Source: an uncultured Acidimicrobiales bacterium
GTDB lineage: Bacteria > Actinomycetota > Acidimicrobiia > Acidimicrobiales > SHLQ01
Assembly: GCA_938084885.1 (NCBI GenBank)
Contig: CALKGG010000001.1
Span: 679-64,678, forward strand
Direction: 5' to 3'
Length of the DNA: 64,000 bases
Below the pieces are notes generated by a model, which was given only the letters and a program-made list of their open reading frames with translations, was not told where the DNA came from and made no database searches. Below, piece after piece: positions 18,244-26,786 of this stretch. The position numbers and the translations under genes were made by a program. How positions within the stretch are numbered: position 1 is the first letter of the stretch; the number at the start of each line of letters is the position of its first letter.

Positions 18244-19857
18244 ATGGGACTCATAACGTCAGAAGTGCCGCCGGACTGCTCTGCGGACCTGGTGGTCACC
18301 TCGCTCGGCGAGCACTTCACGAACACTGCCGCTGCGCATCCCACGCGGGAGTTCCTCATCTTCACCAACGCCGAGGGAGTCACCGAACGTTTGACCTACG
18401 GACACATGGTCGAGCGAGCAACTGCTGCTGCCCAGGCGTTGTTGTCTGAATTCGAGGTTGGTGAGCGGGTCGCGATTTGGGCTCCGAACAACGTTGAATG
18501 GGTGACCTTTCAGCTCGGGGCGGCGCTCGCTGGCATCACGATCGTCACGATCAACCCCGCACTTGTCGCCGCGGAAGTCCACCACATCCTCTCTCAATCC
18601 AGAGCAGCGGGCATCGTGCACGACGGCGAGTGGCGCGGTAATCCAATGGCTGACATCGTTGCCGAACTCGCACCAACATTGCCCGATCTGCGCACCGTGG
18701 TCCACCTTGGTGAGTGGGACCAATTCGTCTCGAAGGTCCGGCCGCTGCAACGCCTGCCGATCGTCGAGCCCGAGTCGCCAATGATGATTCAGTACACCTC
18801 CGGAACAACAGGGCAGCCCAAGGGTGTCGTGCTGTCCCACCATGGTTGTGTCAACAACGCTCGAATGATGGTCCACCGATTCGACCTCCCCGAAGCCAGT
18901 CGTTGGCTCGGTGTCCTCCCGCTCTTCCACGTGGGCGGAAGCGTCATCAACGTGATCGGCACGATGAGCGTCGGTGGAACCCTGATTCTCCAAGACAAGT
19001 TCGACGCCGCCGAGGCCGTGCGGGTGATGGAAGCAGAGTCGGTGAACTACGTCGCCGCGGTCCCAACAATGCTTCTGGCAATGTTGGAAGTGCAACGCGA
19101 GGTCGAGCGCGACCTGTCGTTCCTGTGCGCGGTGATGGGCGGCGGAGCGACGGTTCCCCCCGAGATGGTCCGCTCTATCGAGTCGGGTCTCGGTGTCCCA
19201 TTTGGCACGATGTATGGCAGCACCGAAACGAGCGCCATGGTCACCAACTCTCGGCTCGACGATTCGGTCGAGGACAAATCGTCCAACGCCGGGCCACCAA
19301 TCCCCCAGGTCGGACTACGGATTACCGACCCCCAGACGGGGGAGGTTGTCGATGTCGACACCGTTGGCAGTATCGAGGTGCGAAGCTTCGGGGTGATGAT
19401 GGAATACTTCGACATGCCCGTCGAAACAGCGGCTGCGATCGACGATGATGGGTGGTTCACCACCGGAGATCTCGGCTCGGTCGATTCTCGAGGGTACCTA
19501 ACTGTTCGGGGCCGTCTCAAAGAGATGATCATCCGCGGCGGCGAAAACATTTACCCCGCCGAGATCGAAAAGGTGCTGCACGATCACCCGGCGATTGCAA
19601 TGGTGGCGGTGGTTGGAGTTCCCGACGAGCGTCTCGGCGAAGAGATCGCTGCGTTCGTCCAAGTTCGCCCCGGCCACGAATGCACCGCAAACGAACTGGA
19701 CACGTTCGCTCGATCACGACTCGCCAGGTTCAAAGTGCCGCGGAAGTGGCACATTGTTGACGAGTTTCCGTTGACGCCATCGGGCAAAGTGCAAAAGCAC
19801 CTGCTCGACGAGGGTAGTGGTCGGGCATTGCTGCCTATCGAGGAGGAGCGCACATGA
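18244..19857 (+). CDS. AMP-dependent acyl-CoA synthetase/ligase
   Basis: YTSGTTGQPKG AMP-binding motif and C-terminal GKVQK. Confidence 0.9.
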   Translation: MGLITSEVPPDCSADLVVTSLGEHFTNTAAAHPTREFLIFTNAEGVTERLTYGHMVERATAAAQALLSEFEVGERVAIWAPNNVEWVTFQLGAALAGITIVTINPALVAAEVHHILSQSRAAGIVHDGEWRGNPMADIVAELAPTLPDLRTVVHLGEWDQFVSKVRPLQRLPIVEPESPMMIQYTSGTTGQPKGVVLSHHGCVNNARMMVHRFDLPEASRWLGVLPLFHVGGSVINVIGTMSVGGTLILQDKFDAAEAVRVMEAESVNYVAAVPTMLLAMLEVQREVERDLSFLCAVMGGGATVPPEMVRSIESGLGVPFGTMYGSTETSAMVTNSRLDDSVEDKSSNAGPPIPQVGLRITDPQTGEVVDVDTVGSIEVRSFGVMMEYFDMPVETAAAIDDDGWFTTGDLGSVDSRGYLTVRGRLKEMIIRGGENIYPAEIEKVLHDHPAIAMVAVVGVPDERLGEEIAAFVQVRPGHECTANELDTFARSRLARFKVPRKWHIVDEFPLTPSGKVQKHLLDEGSGRALLPIEEERT

Positions 19858-21878
19858 GCCTGAACCCGAGCCCGAGCAGTGACTTCGCGCACGTCGACTC
19901 GTCGTTGATGATCGGCACCGTCGAGGTCAAGAACCGAATCGTTCGTTGTTCGCACGGCACCGGCATGGTGGAATATGGTCGACTCACAGACGAGCTCATT
20001 GCCTACCACGCTCAACGTGCTCGCGGGGGAGTGGGGTTGACCATCCTCGAGGCGGCAGGCGTCCACGAGTCGTGGACGGGCGAAATCGATTTGTCGACCG
20101 ATACGGTCATCGACGACTTCAGGGCACTGGTCGCGGAAACATCGCCTCACGGCATGCGCGTCTTCCAACAGCTCTGGCTTGGACCGGGTCCGAATGGCAT
20201 TTGGTTCAACGGCGCCGAATCGCCTCTGTCGGCTTCGGCGGTGCCCGTGCCGATTTCGGGATACATGCCAACGCCGCTCACGCTCGATCAGATCGATGAG
20301 ATGGTCGACGCCATGGTCGCGGCGGCGCTGCGTTGTGTTGCCGGTGGCATCGACGGGGTCGAGATTCACTCGGGACATGGCTATTTGCTCGGGTCGTTTC
20401 TGTCGCCTGTCACCAACCGTCGAAACGACGCGTACGGCGGGTCAGAGGCCGGTCGCACTGCGTTCTTGCGGCGCATCTTGTCGGAGGTTCGCCTCGCTGT
20501 TGGGCCCGACTATCCAGTCGGTGTTCGGGTGAGTGCTGACGAAGGCGTCGATGGAGGTCTTCGTGCCGCCGACGTTGCGCGGATCGTGTCGTCGTTTTGC
20601 GACGACGGGCTCATCGACTTTGTCGATATCAGTAACGGGACCCAGTTCAAGATCGATCAGATCTTCGCGTCGGCGATTGCTCCGCACATGTACGAGATGC
20701 CGTCGTCGGCGATCGTCGCCAATGCGTCAACCGTTCCGGCGATCGTCACGGGACGGTTCTTGACGCTCGACGAAGCCGAACAGGTCCTCGCTGCTGGTGA
20801 TGCCGATCTGGTGTCGATGGTGCGTGCAACCATTGCGGACCCAGACCTTGTCAAGAAGTCCTTGCGCGGCGAAGTGTCTTCGGTCCGTCCGTGCATTGCG
20901 TGCAATCAGGGGTGTCTCGGCGGGGTCCGTGGTCCAATGCGGCATTTGTATTGCGCCGTCAACGCTGGTGCTGGCCGCGAACTCCAGCTGGGCGACACGA
21001 ACATCTCCAGTGCCGACACGCCCCGGCGTATTGCTGTGGTCGGCGGAGGGCCCGCCGGGCTCGAAGCCGCCCGCGTTGCTGGGACTGCGGGCCACCACGT
21101 CGTGCTGTACGAGCGCTCTGGCGAGCTTGGTGGACAACTCCGGTTGACCAGGCGTAGCCCGCAGCGTTCCGACACCGCAGCGGTCGTCAATTACTGGGTG
21201 TCCGAGCTCGACCGACTTGGGGTCGACGTGCGACTTGGCGTCGACGTCGGTGCCGACGGCGAAGGTGTCGACCCGTGTGATGAGGTCATCGTGGCGGTTG
21301 GTTCGGTGCCGCGCCTCGATGGCAGGCAGCTTTGGAACCCAGATGCTGTCATCGAGGGCTGGGGTTCGCTCCCGGTGTCTTCGAGCTGGGATGTGCTCGA
21401 CGGCGCAAGCCGCGAAGGTTCGTCGGTGCTTCTCTACGACGAGGGCGGCCACTATGAGGCAATCGACGTTGCGGGGCGGCTTGTCGAGGACGGCGTCAAC
21501 GTCGCGTTCGTGACCCCCTTCTTTGTCTTTGGCACGCGGGTCGAGGCAACCGAGAAGGGGTGGGAAGACCGGATTCGTCCGCATTATCGACATCTCATCG
21601 CGTCGGCGAACTTCACGTTGCACGCAAATAGTCAGATCTCCGCGGTCGCGTCTGGATCCGCGACGATTCAGAGCCTCGATGGTGGGCCACACCACACGCT
21701 CGTCGTCGACGAGTTGGTGATGGTCACTGCCAATCTGCCAGCGGTGGTTCCGGCATTTGGCGACACGGCGAGCGTGGTTGTTGGTGATGCTGCTGGCGTT
21801 CGCACGCTTGAATCGGCCGTTTGGGAGAGTCACAAACATGCCGCCGCCATGGGGTCTGCGACCCGACGGACGCAATAG
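19854..21878 (+). CDS. OYE-like NADH:flavin oxidoreductase fused to an FAD/NAD(P)-binding domain (2,4-dienoyl-CoA reductase FadH-like)
   Basis: N-terminal TIM-barrel OYE region (HSGHGYLLGSFLSP), a CIACNQGC...C 4Fe-4S-like motif, then VVGGGPAGLEAA Rossmann. ATGA overlap with the upstream synthetase. Confidence 0.9.
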   Translation: MSLNPSPSSDFAHVDSSLMIGTVEVKNRIVRCSHGTGMVEYGRLTDELIAYHAQRARGGVGLTILEAAGVHESWTGEIDLSTDTVIDDFRALVAETSPHGMRVFQQLWLGPGPNGIWFNGAESPLSASAVPVPISGYMPTPLTLDQIDEMVDAMVAAALRCVAGGIDGVEIHSGHGYLLGSFLSPVTNRRNDAYGGSEAGRTAFLRRILSEVRLAVGPDYPVGVRVSADEGVDGGLRAADVARIVSSFCDDGLIDFVDISNGTQFKIDQIFASAIAPHMYEMPSSAIVANASTVPAIVTGRFLTLDEAEQVLAAGDADLVSMVRATIADPDLVKKSLRGEVSSVRPCIACNQGCLGGVRGPMRHLYCAVNAGAGRELQLGDTNISSADTPRRIAVVGGGPAGLEAARVAGTAGHHVVLYERSGELGGQLRLTRRSPQRSDTAAVVNYWVSELDRLGVDVRLGVDVGADGEGVDPCDEVIVAVGSVPRLDGRQLWNPDAVIEGWGSLPVSSSWDVLDGASREGSSVLLYDEGGHYEAIDVAGRLVEDGVNVAFVTPFFVFGTRVEATEKGWEDRIRPHYRHLIASANFTLHANSQISAVASGSATIQSLDGGPHHTLVVDELVMVTANLPAVVPAFGDTASVVVGDAAGVRTLESAVWESHKHAAAMGSATRRTQ

Positions 21879-21895
21879 TTCGAATTCGAAATTTG

Positions 21896-21937
21896 ACGAT
21901 CGTTCGAAATAGAAATACGATCATTCGAAATAGAAAT
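21896..21937. repeat. Tandem 21-nt direct repeat (ACGATCGTTCGAAATAGAAAT / ACGATCATTCGAAATAGAAAT) upstream of the Rieske oxygenase operon; candidate operator array
   Basis: 20/21 identity read directly. A third partial copy (ATTCGAAATTTGA) and the palindrome TTCGAATTCGAA lie just upstream at 21879-21896. Confidence 0.7.
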
Positions 21938-21995
21938 TCTGTGAGGTAGCGGCGGAGTCGCCGTTGCATGCCCGTCGACCAAGGAGGTGCGAACG

Positions 21996-22205
21996 ATGCC
22001 TGCGTCGCCGCATCCGTACATGAACTCCACCTACGAGATCCAACGAGATGGCCGAGTGCTCGTTCGCGATAACGATGCCGGCACGAGCGGCATCTTTGAC
22101 GAACTCGGTCGCTGGTGCGAAGGCGAGCTTCGTTTCGCCGACATTCAGTTTGTGCGGTGGGTCGCCGAGACCGAAGAGCCTGATCCTGACCCTGAGGGGG
22201 AGTAA
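21996..22205 (+). CDS. Small hypothetical protein (69 aa) translationally coupled to the Rieske oxygenase
   Basis: AAGGAGG lies 8 nt upstream of the ATG at 21996. Its TAA stop overlaps the ATG of the next gene (TAATG). I recognised no family. Confidence 0.55.
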   Translation: MPASPHPYMNSTYEIQRDGRVLVRDNDAGTSGIFDELGRWCEGELRFADIQFVRWVAETEEPDPDPEGE

Positions 22206-23602
22206 TGACCGACCTGCAAGACCGAGATGGCGTGTCCGATGTGCCCGTCGAGATGCCCCGGTCCGCCGGGCGCAGCGTGCACGAAGTGCTCTCACACGAG
22301 AACACGTATCAAAACGTGCCGTCGTCGCTATTGATTGAATCACCCGAGCTCATCGAGCCGGGTGTGGTCGATATCGAGCGATACACCTCATATGACTTCC
22401 ACCGCCGCGAAGTCGAACACCTATGGCGCAAGACCTGGCAGATGGCGTGTCGCCTCGAGCACATTCCAAACGTCGGCGACCACGTGGTCTACCGCATTGT
22501 TGATGACTCCATTGTTGTTGTTCGAATCAGCGACGATGAGATTCGCGCCTATCACAACACCTGCTTGCATCGCGGCACCGAACTTCGTCCAGAAGATGGC
22601 AACGTGCCGTTCTTCCGGTGCCCGTTCCATGCGTGGACGTGGAACCTCGATGGCACGCTGATCTCGGCGACGAGCGACTGGGATCTTCCCGACTTTGACC
22701 CGGACAACTTCTGTCTGCCGCAGGCCAAGGTGGCCGTGTGGGGCGGGTTTGTATTCATCAACATGGACAAGGACAGTCCATCATTTGAGGAGTACGCCGA
22801 AAACTTCCCCGAGCTCATGGCCGAGTTTCCGCTCGAGCATCGACGTATTCGCACGCACGTGGCGGGTGTGATCGACGCGAACTGGAAGGTCACCCTCGAG
22901 GCGTTCATCGAGGTGTACCACGTGTTTGCGACGCACCCGCAGATCGCTCCGTACCAGGCCGATGAAGCAACCCAGTACGACGTCTGGGGTGATCACGTCA
23001 ATCGCAAGATCACCAATGGCGGCATCATGTCGCCCCATATCAGCACCTCAAATGACGACGAGACCATCGTTCGCATGATGTTCGCCGACTTCTTTAGCAT
23101 CGAAGACACCGACTCGATTTCGGTGCCCGAGGGGAAGTCTGCTCGCGACATCATCGCAGCGAAGTTGCGTGAGCAGGTTTCCGAGCGGACCGGAGTTCCG
23201 CTCGATCATGTAAGCAATACCGAGATGATGGACGGCATTGAGTTCTTCCTCTTTCCGAACTTTGCGCCGTGGGTCGGTTACGCCTTGCCCATGGTGTACC
23301 GGGTGCGTCCAAACGGCGACAATCCAGATAGCTCGATCTTTGAGGTCATGTTGTTGTCTCCGGTCGAGGACCCAGACGATACAACGCCTCCGCCCGAGGT
23401 GCAGTGGATCGACGGGGACTGGCGTGTGGTCGAGGAGCTCGGCGTGTTGGGTCCTGCGTACAACCAAGACATGGGGAACCTGCCGCGTGTGCAGCGTGGC
23501 CTGAAGGCGTCGGGGAACGGCAAGGTGCAGTTCTTGCGTTACCAGGAGATGCGGTTGCGTCATTTCCACCGGACGTTGATGAAGTATCTCGACGTCGACT
23601 GA
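22205..23602 (+). CDS. Rieske [2Fe-2S] non-heme-iron oxygenase, alpha-subunit type
   Basis: CLHRGTEL...CPFHAWTW Rieske motif; EAFIEVYHVFATHP matches the mononuclear-iron region. Confidence 0.9.
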   Translation: MTDLQDRDGVSDVPVEMPRSAGRSVHEVLSHENTYQNVPSSLLIESPELIEPGVVDIERYTSYDFHRREVEHLWRKTWQMACRLEHIPNVGDHVVYRIVDDSIVVVRISDDEIRAYHNTCLHRGTELRPEDGNVPFFRCPFHAWTWNLDGTLISATSDWDLPDFDPDNFCLPQAKVAVWGGFVFINMDKDSPSFEEYAENFPELMAEFPLEHRRIRTHVAGVIDANWKVTLEAFIEVYHVFATHPQIAPYQADEATQYDVWGDHVNRKITNGGIMSPHISTSNDDETIVRMMFADFFSIEDTDSISVPEGKSARDIIAAKLREQVSERTGVPLDHVSNTEMMDGIEFFLFPNFAPWVGYALPMVYRVRPNGDNPDSSIFEVMLLSPVEDPDDTTPPPEVQWIDGDWRVVEELGVLGPAYNQDMGNLPRVQRGLKASGNGKVQFLRYQEMRLRHFHRTLMKYLDVD

Positions 23603-23657
23603 CCGTGGGGTGACCGTCGGCGCCGTCCGGATTGACAGTGTTGGCAATGTCAGATAT

Positions 23658-23671
23658 ATTTCTATTTCGAA
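23658..23671. promoter_or_regulatory. Inverted copy of the 14-mer TTCGAAATAGAAAT upstream of the ferredoxin-P450 operon
   Basis: ATTTCTATTTCGAA is the exact reverse complement of the core of both 21-nt repeat units at 21896-21937. Confidence 0.6.
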
Positions 23672-23717
23672 AAGTGCAGAACTGAACAGGTTGTCCCAAC
23701 GGGGTTGACCAGTACGG

Positions 23718-23942
23718 GTGCACGTGAGCGAGGGGGAGACGTTGCCAACGATTCGAGTCGATTCTGACCAGTGTCAGGGGCACGCAATGTGCGTCACACA
23801 GGCGCCACTGCTCGTCGACGTTGACGAACTCGGGTTCGCCTTCGTCCTCGGTGACGGGGAACTGCGTACACCCGAGCATCTCGAGCAGGCCGAGCGCGCT
23901 GTTGCCTGCTGCCCCGAACAAGCAATACAAGTGGAGGACTGA
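23718..23942 (+). CDS. Small single-cluster ferredoxin (3Fe-4S/4Fe-4S type), P450 redox partner
   Basis: CQGHAMC...CCPEQAI motif. Its stop lies 2 nt before the P450 start. The exact start is uncertain (GTG 23718/23724). Confidence 0.8.
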   Translation: MHVSEGETLPTIRVDSDQCQGHAMCVTQAPLLVDVDELGFAFVLGDGELRTPEHLEQAERAVACCPEQAIQVED

Positions 23943-23944
23943 CC

Positions 23945-25108
23945 ATGACCGATACACCGTTTGACCATCTCGAAATTGCCCTACAGGCCGACGCCAGCGA
24001 CCGGTTGTCGGCCGAACGGGACAAATGCCCGGTCCAACACTCCACGGCCCATGATGGCTTCTGGGCCTTCCTTGGCTACGAACACGTCGGCGACGCTGCT
24101 CGCAGCCCCGAAACGTACTCGTCGGCATCTGGCGTGACGATTCCCGCACACGTCTTTCCAATGGCGCTGCCACCAATCGAGGCCGATCCACCGCTGCACA
24201 TGCAGGTGCGCGGCCCGCTGCTTCCGCGCTTGGCGCCCGGCGTCATGAACGATCTCGAAGACGACCTTCGCGCCATGGTCACCTCGCTCATCGACGAATT
24301 CATCGCGTCCGGATCAGCAGACCTCGCAAAGGACTTGAGTATCCCGTTCCCCGGCATGTCCATTGGCAAGTTCATGAACGTACCCGACGACGACATCGCC
24401 ATGCTCCGCGAGATGACAGCGCACCTTATGCAGAATTCGTCCGACGGCGCAATGGTCATGCAAGCCATGGGCTTTTTCCAAAAGCTCTACGAAGACCGAC
24501 TTGCAAACCCCGCCGAGGACCTACCGACCGCGATCCTCAACTTGGAGATCGATGGCGAACAAATCGGCAACGAGCAGTACCTCGCCATAATGGCCATGGT
24601 GATGATGGCCGGCCTCGATACCACCGCGAACGCTGCGGGAACGATGTTCGAGCTGATAGCAGCTAACCCCGAGGTCCGTCAGGCCCTCGTCGACGATCCT
24701 TCAAAGATCCCACAAGCAGTCGAAGAGTTCCTCCGCTACGCCACGCCGCTTCACGCGAGCGGGCGCACCGCAACCGCCGACGTTGAGGTCGAGGGCTGCC
24801 CCGTGGGCGCAGGCGACAAGGTCCTACTCAACTGGCTGGCAGCAAACCATGACCCGGCCGAGTTTGATGATCCGGACACATTGAACATCGAACGATTCCC
24901 GAATCGTCACTTCGCCTTTGGTACCGGACCACATCGCTGCCTTGGCATTCACCTCGCTCGCCTGCAGCTCAAACTCCTCGCCGAAGAAGTCTTGAAGCGC
25001 TTGCCCGACTACCAAGTCGATGAAGCAGCGGTCGAACGCTACGTCGGAGTTACCAGGGGCCTGTCGGCGTTGCCGGTCACCTTCACTCCCGGCGCTGTTG
25101 CCTCGTGA
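23945..25108 (+). CDS. Cytochrome P450
   Basis: FGTGPHRCLG heme-thiolate motif, EEFLRY (ExxR) and AGLDTT I-helix motif. Confidence 0.9.
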   Translation: MTDTPFDHLEIALQADASDRLSAERDKCPVQHSTAHDGFWAFLGYEHVGDAARSPETYSSASGVTIPAHVFPMALPPIEADPPLHMQVRGPLLPRLAPGVMNDLEDDLRAMVTSLIDEFIASGSADLAKDLSIPFPGMSIGKFMNVPDDDIAMLREMTAHLMQNSSDGAMVMQAMGFFQKLYEDRLANPAEDLPTAILNLEIDGEQIGNEQYLAIMAMVMMAGLDTTANAAGTMFELIAANPEVRQALVDDPSKIPQAVEEFLRYATPLHASGRTATADVEVEGCPVGAGDKVLLNWLAANHDPAEFDDPDTLNIERFPNRHFAFGTGPHRCLGIHLARLQLKLLAEEVLKRLPDYQVDEAAVERYVGVTRGLSALPVTFTPGAVAS

Positions 25109-26349
25109 CAGACAACCCAACATCCAACGCGGTCGAATCTCCAGAACGTGCTGCATTCCGAGCAGAGGTTCGCGCCTGGCTCGAAGCAAAAGCTGACCTT
25201 GCCGAGGTCGAAGACTCACAGGGCTCGTTGCTTTCGAGCCCGACCGAAGATGACCTGCCCGAAGCACGCCGACTACAACACGCGCTCAGTGCAGCTGGCC
25301 TCGCTGGTATCAGCTGGCCCGCAGAGTACGGCGGTCGTGGCCTGTCGGTAATCGAGGAGCTGATCTTCAGCGAAGAGTCAGCATCGTTTCACCTTCCTGT
25401 CGACATCTTTGTCATCGGTACGCATCTTGTTGGCCCGACGTTGATCAGCCACGGCACACCCGAACAGCAAGACCGATTCCTCCCGAAAATCCTCGATGGC
25501 AGCGACGTGTGGTGCCAGCTGTTCTCCGAACCCGAGGCGGGTTCGGACTTGGCCAGCCTGCGGACCACCGCAGTCAAAGATGGCGATGAATGGACGCTGA
25601 ACGGGCAAAAAGTTTGGACGTCTGGGGCGCTAACGTCGAACTGGGGCATACTCCCTGCACGCACCGACCCGTCGGTTCCAAAGCATCGCGGTATCTCCTA
25701 CTTCGCCGTCGAGATGGACAGTCCAGGAGTCACCGTCCGTCCACTCAAGCAGATGAGCGGACACGAACACTTCTGCGAGGTCTTCCTCGACGACGTCAAG
25801 GTTCCGGACCATCAGCTCATTGGTGGAGTGAACAACGGATGGGCCGTGACTCGCACAACGTTGCAAAACGAACGCCACATGACCGGAGCCTCCCACGGTG
25901 CGGTCAACTTTGATTCACTCCTCGCGCTGGCCAAGGCAAACCACGCCGAGGGCGACGAACTTGACTCGGCGCTGCGCGAGCGATTGATAAAGACCTACAT
26001 CCAAGGTGAGATCCTTCGAATCATCGGGCTTCGAACCACAACGGCGCTGTTGCAAGGCAAAGAACCTGGGCCAGAGTCGTCGGTGGCCAAACTCGCCGTC
26101 GCCACGATGGTGCGCGACGCTGCTGATCTTGCGCTCGAACTCATGGGCCCGCCAGCGGTTGCCCAAGACGTCGGCGCCGAAATCGATGGGTGGGTCGACT
26201 TTTTCTTGATGGCGCCAGCACTACGAATTGCCGGCGGAACCGACGAGATCCAACGAAATATTCTCGCCGAGCGTGTGCTCGGTCTTCCCCGCGAAGATGA
26301 CCCCACCCGGTCGGTGGCGTTCAACGCCCGGTCGGCAACGAACACCTGA
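25105..26349 (+). CDS. Acyl-CoA dehydrogenase
   Basis: WCQLFSEPEAGSDLASL...DGDEWTLNGQKVWTS and C-terminal IAGGTDEIQRNILAERVLGLP. GTGA overlap with the P450 stop. Paralogue of the 7626-8855 product. Confidence 0.9.
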   Translation: MTDNPTSNAVESPERAAFRAEVRAWLEAKADLAEVEDSQGSLLSSPTEDDLPEARRLQHALSAAGLAGISWPAEYGGRGLSVIEELIFSEESASFHLPVDIFVIGTHLVGPTLISHGTPEQQDRFLPKILDGSDVWCQLFSEPEAGSDLASLRTTAVKDGDEWTLNGQKVWTSGALTSNWGILPARTDPSVPKHRGISYFAVEMDSPGVTVRPLKQMSGHEHFCEVFLDDVKVPDHQLIGGVNNGWAVTRTTLQNERHMTGASHGAVNFDSLLALAKANHAEGDELDSALRERLIKTYIQGEILRIIGLRTTTALLQGKEPGPESSVAKLAVATMVRDAADLALELMGPPAVAQDVGAEIDGWVDFFLMAPALRIAGGTDEIQRNILAERVLGLPREDDPTRSVAFNARSATNT

Positions 26350-26357
26350 GAGCAGAC

Positions 26358-26786
26358 ATGGAAACGACCGAACCGGCGCAGCGATCGAAGTCGCCCGCGC
26401 AATACTCCTTCGACGATGACGGGGCGGTGTCGATCCACGGGTCCCAAAGCGACTCGCTCGGCACGCTGTATTGGCCACCGCGTTTGCGGTGCCCGAGAAG
26501 CGGTGGAACGGTGAGCCCGGCGCTGCTGTCGACCACGGCGACGCTGTATTCGTGGAGCTATGTGGCCATGCCATGGCGAGGCGATGTGCCCCCCAACGGC
26601 GAGGCCGATGGTTACGGCGTTGGTTTGGTCGATCTCGATGACGGCGGGCCGCGGATGTCCGTCGTGTTGATGGGTGCTGCCGAGTCATTTGTGATTGGTG
26701 AGACGTTCGAGGCGCGAGAGCTGCCCTTTACGACCATCGATGGCAACCCCCAGTCGATTCTCGCCTTCGAACGGAGCGCCTCATGA
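26358..26786 (+). CDS. DUF35-type OB-fold/zinc-ribbon protein (thiolase-fold partner)
   Basis: 142 aa. Family call (DUF35-type) rests on length, the adjacency and ATGA coupling to the thiolase-fold gene, and overall composition. Note that RLRCPRSG carries a single Cys, so a full zinc ribbon is not evident. Confidence 0.7.
   Translation: METTEPAQRSKSPAQYSFDDDGAVSIHGSQSDSLGTLYWPPRLRCPRSGGTVSPALLSTTATLYSWSYVAMPWRGDVPPNGEADGYGVGLVDLDDGGPRMSVVLMGAAESFVIGETFEARELPFTTIDGNPQSILAFERSAS

Noticed and set aside
20727-21875. 382-aa minus-strand ORF, and similar long antisense or out-of-frame ORFs (12406-13413, 18259-19095, 33595-34554, 35168-36121, 50296-51313, 51667-52443, 52305-53096, 54023-54841, 57359-58144)
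   Set aside because: All overlap genes with clear family motifs on the other strand or frame, and all have Arg/Pro/Ser-rich low-information composition. I treat them as shadow ORFs.
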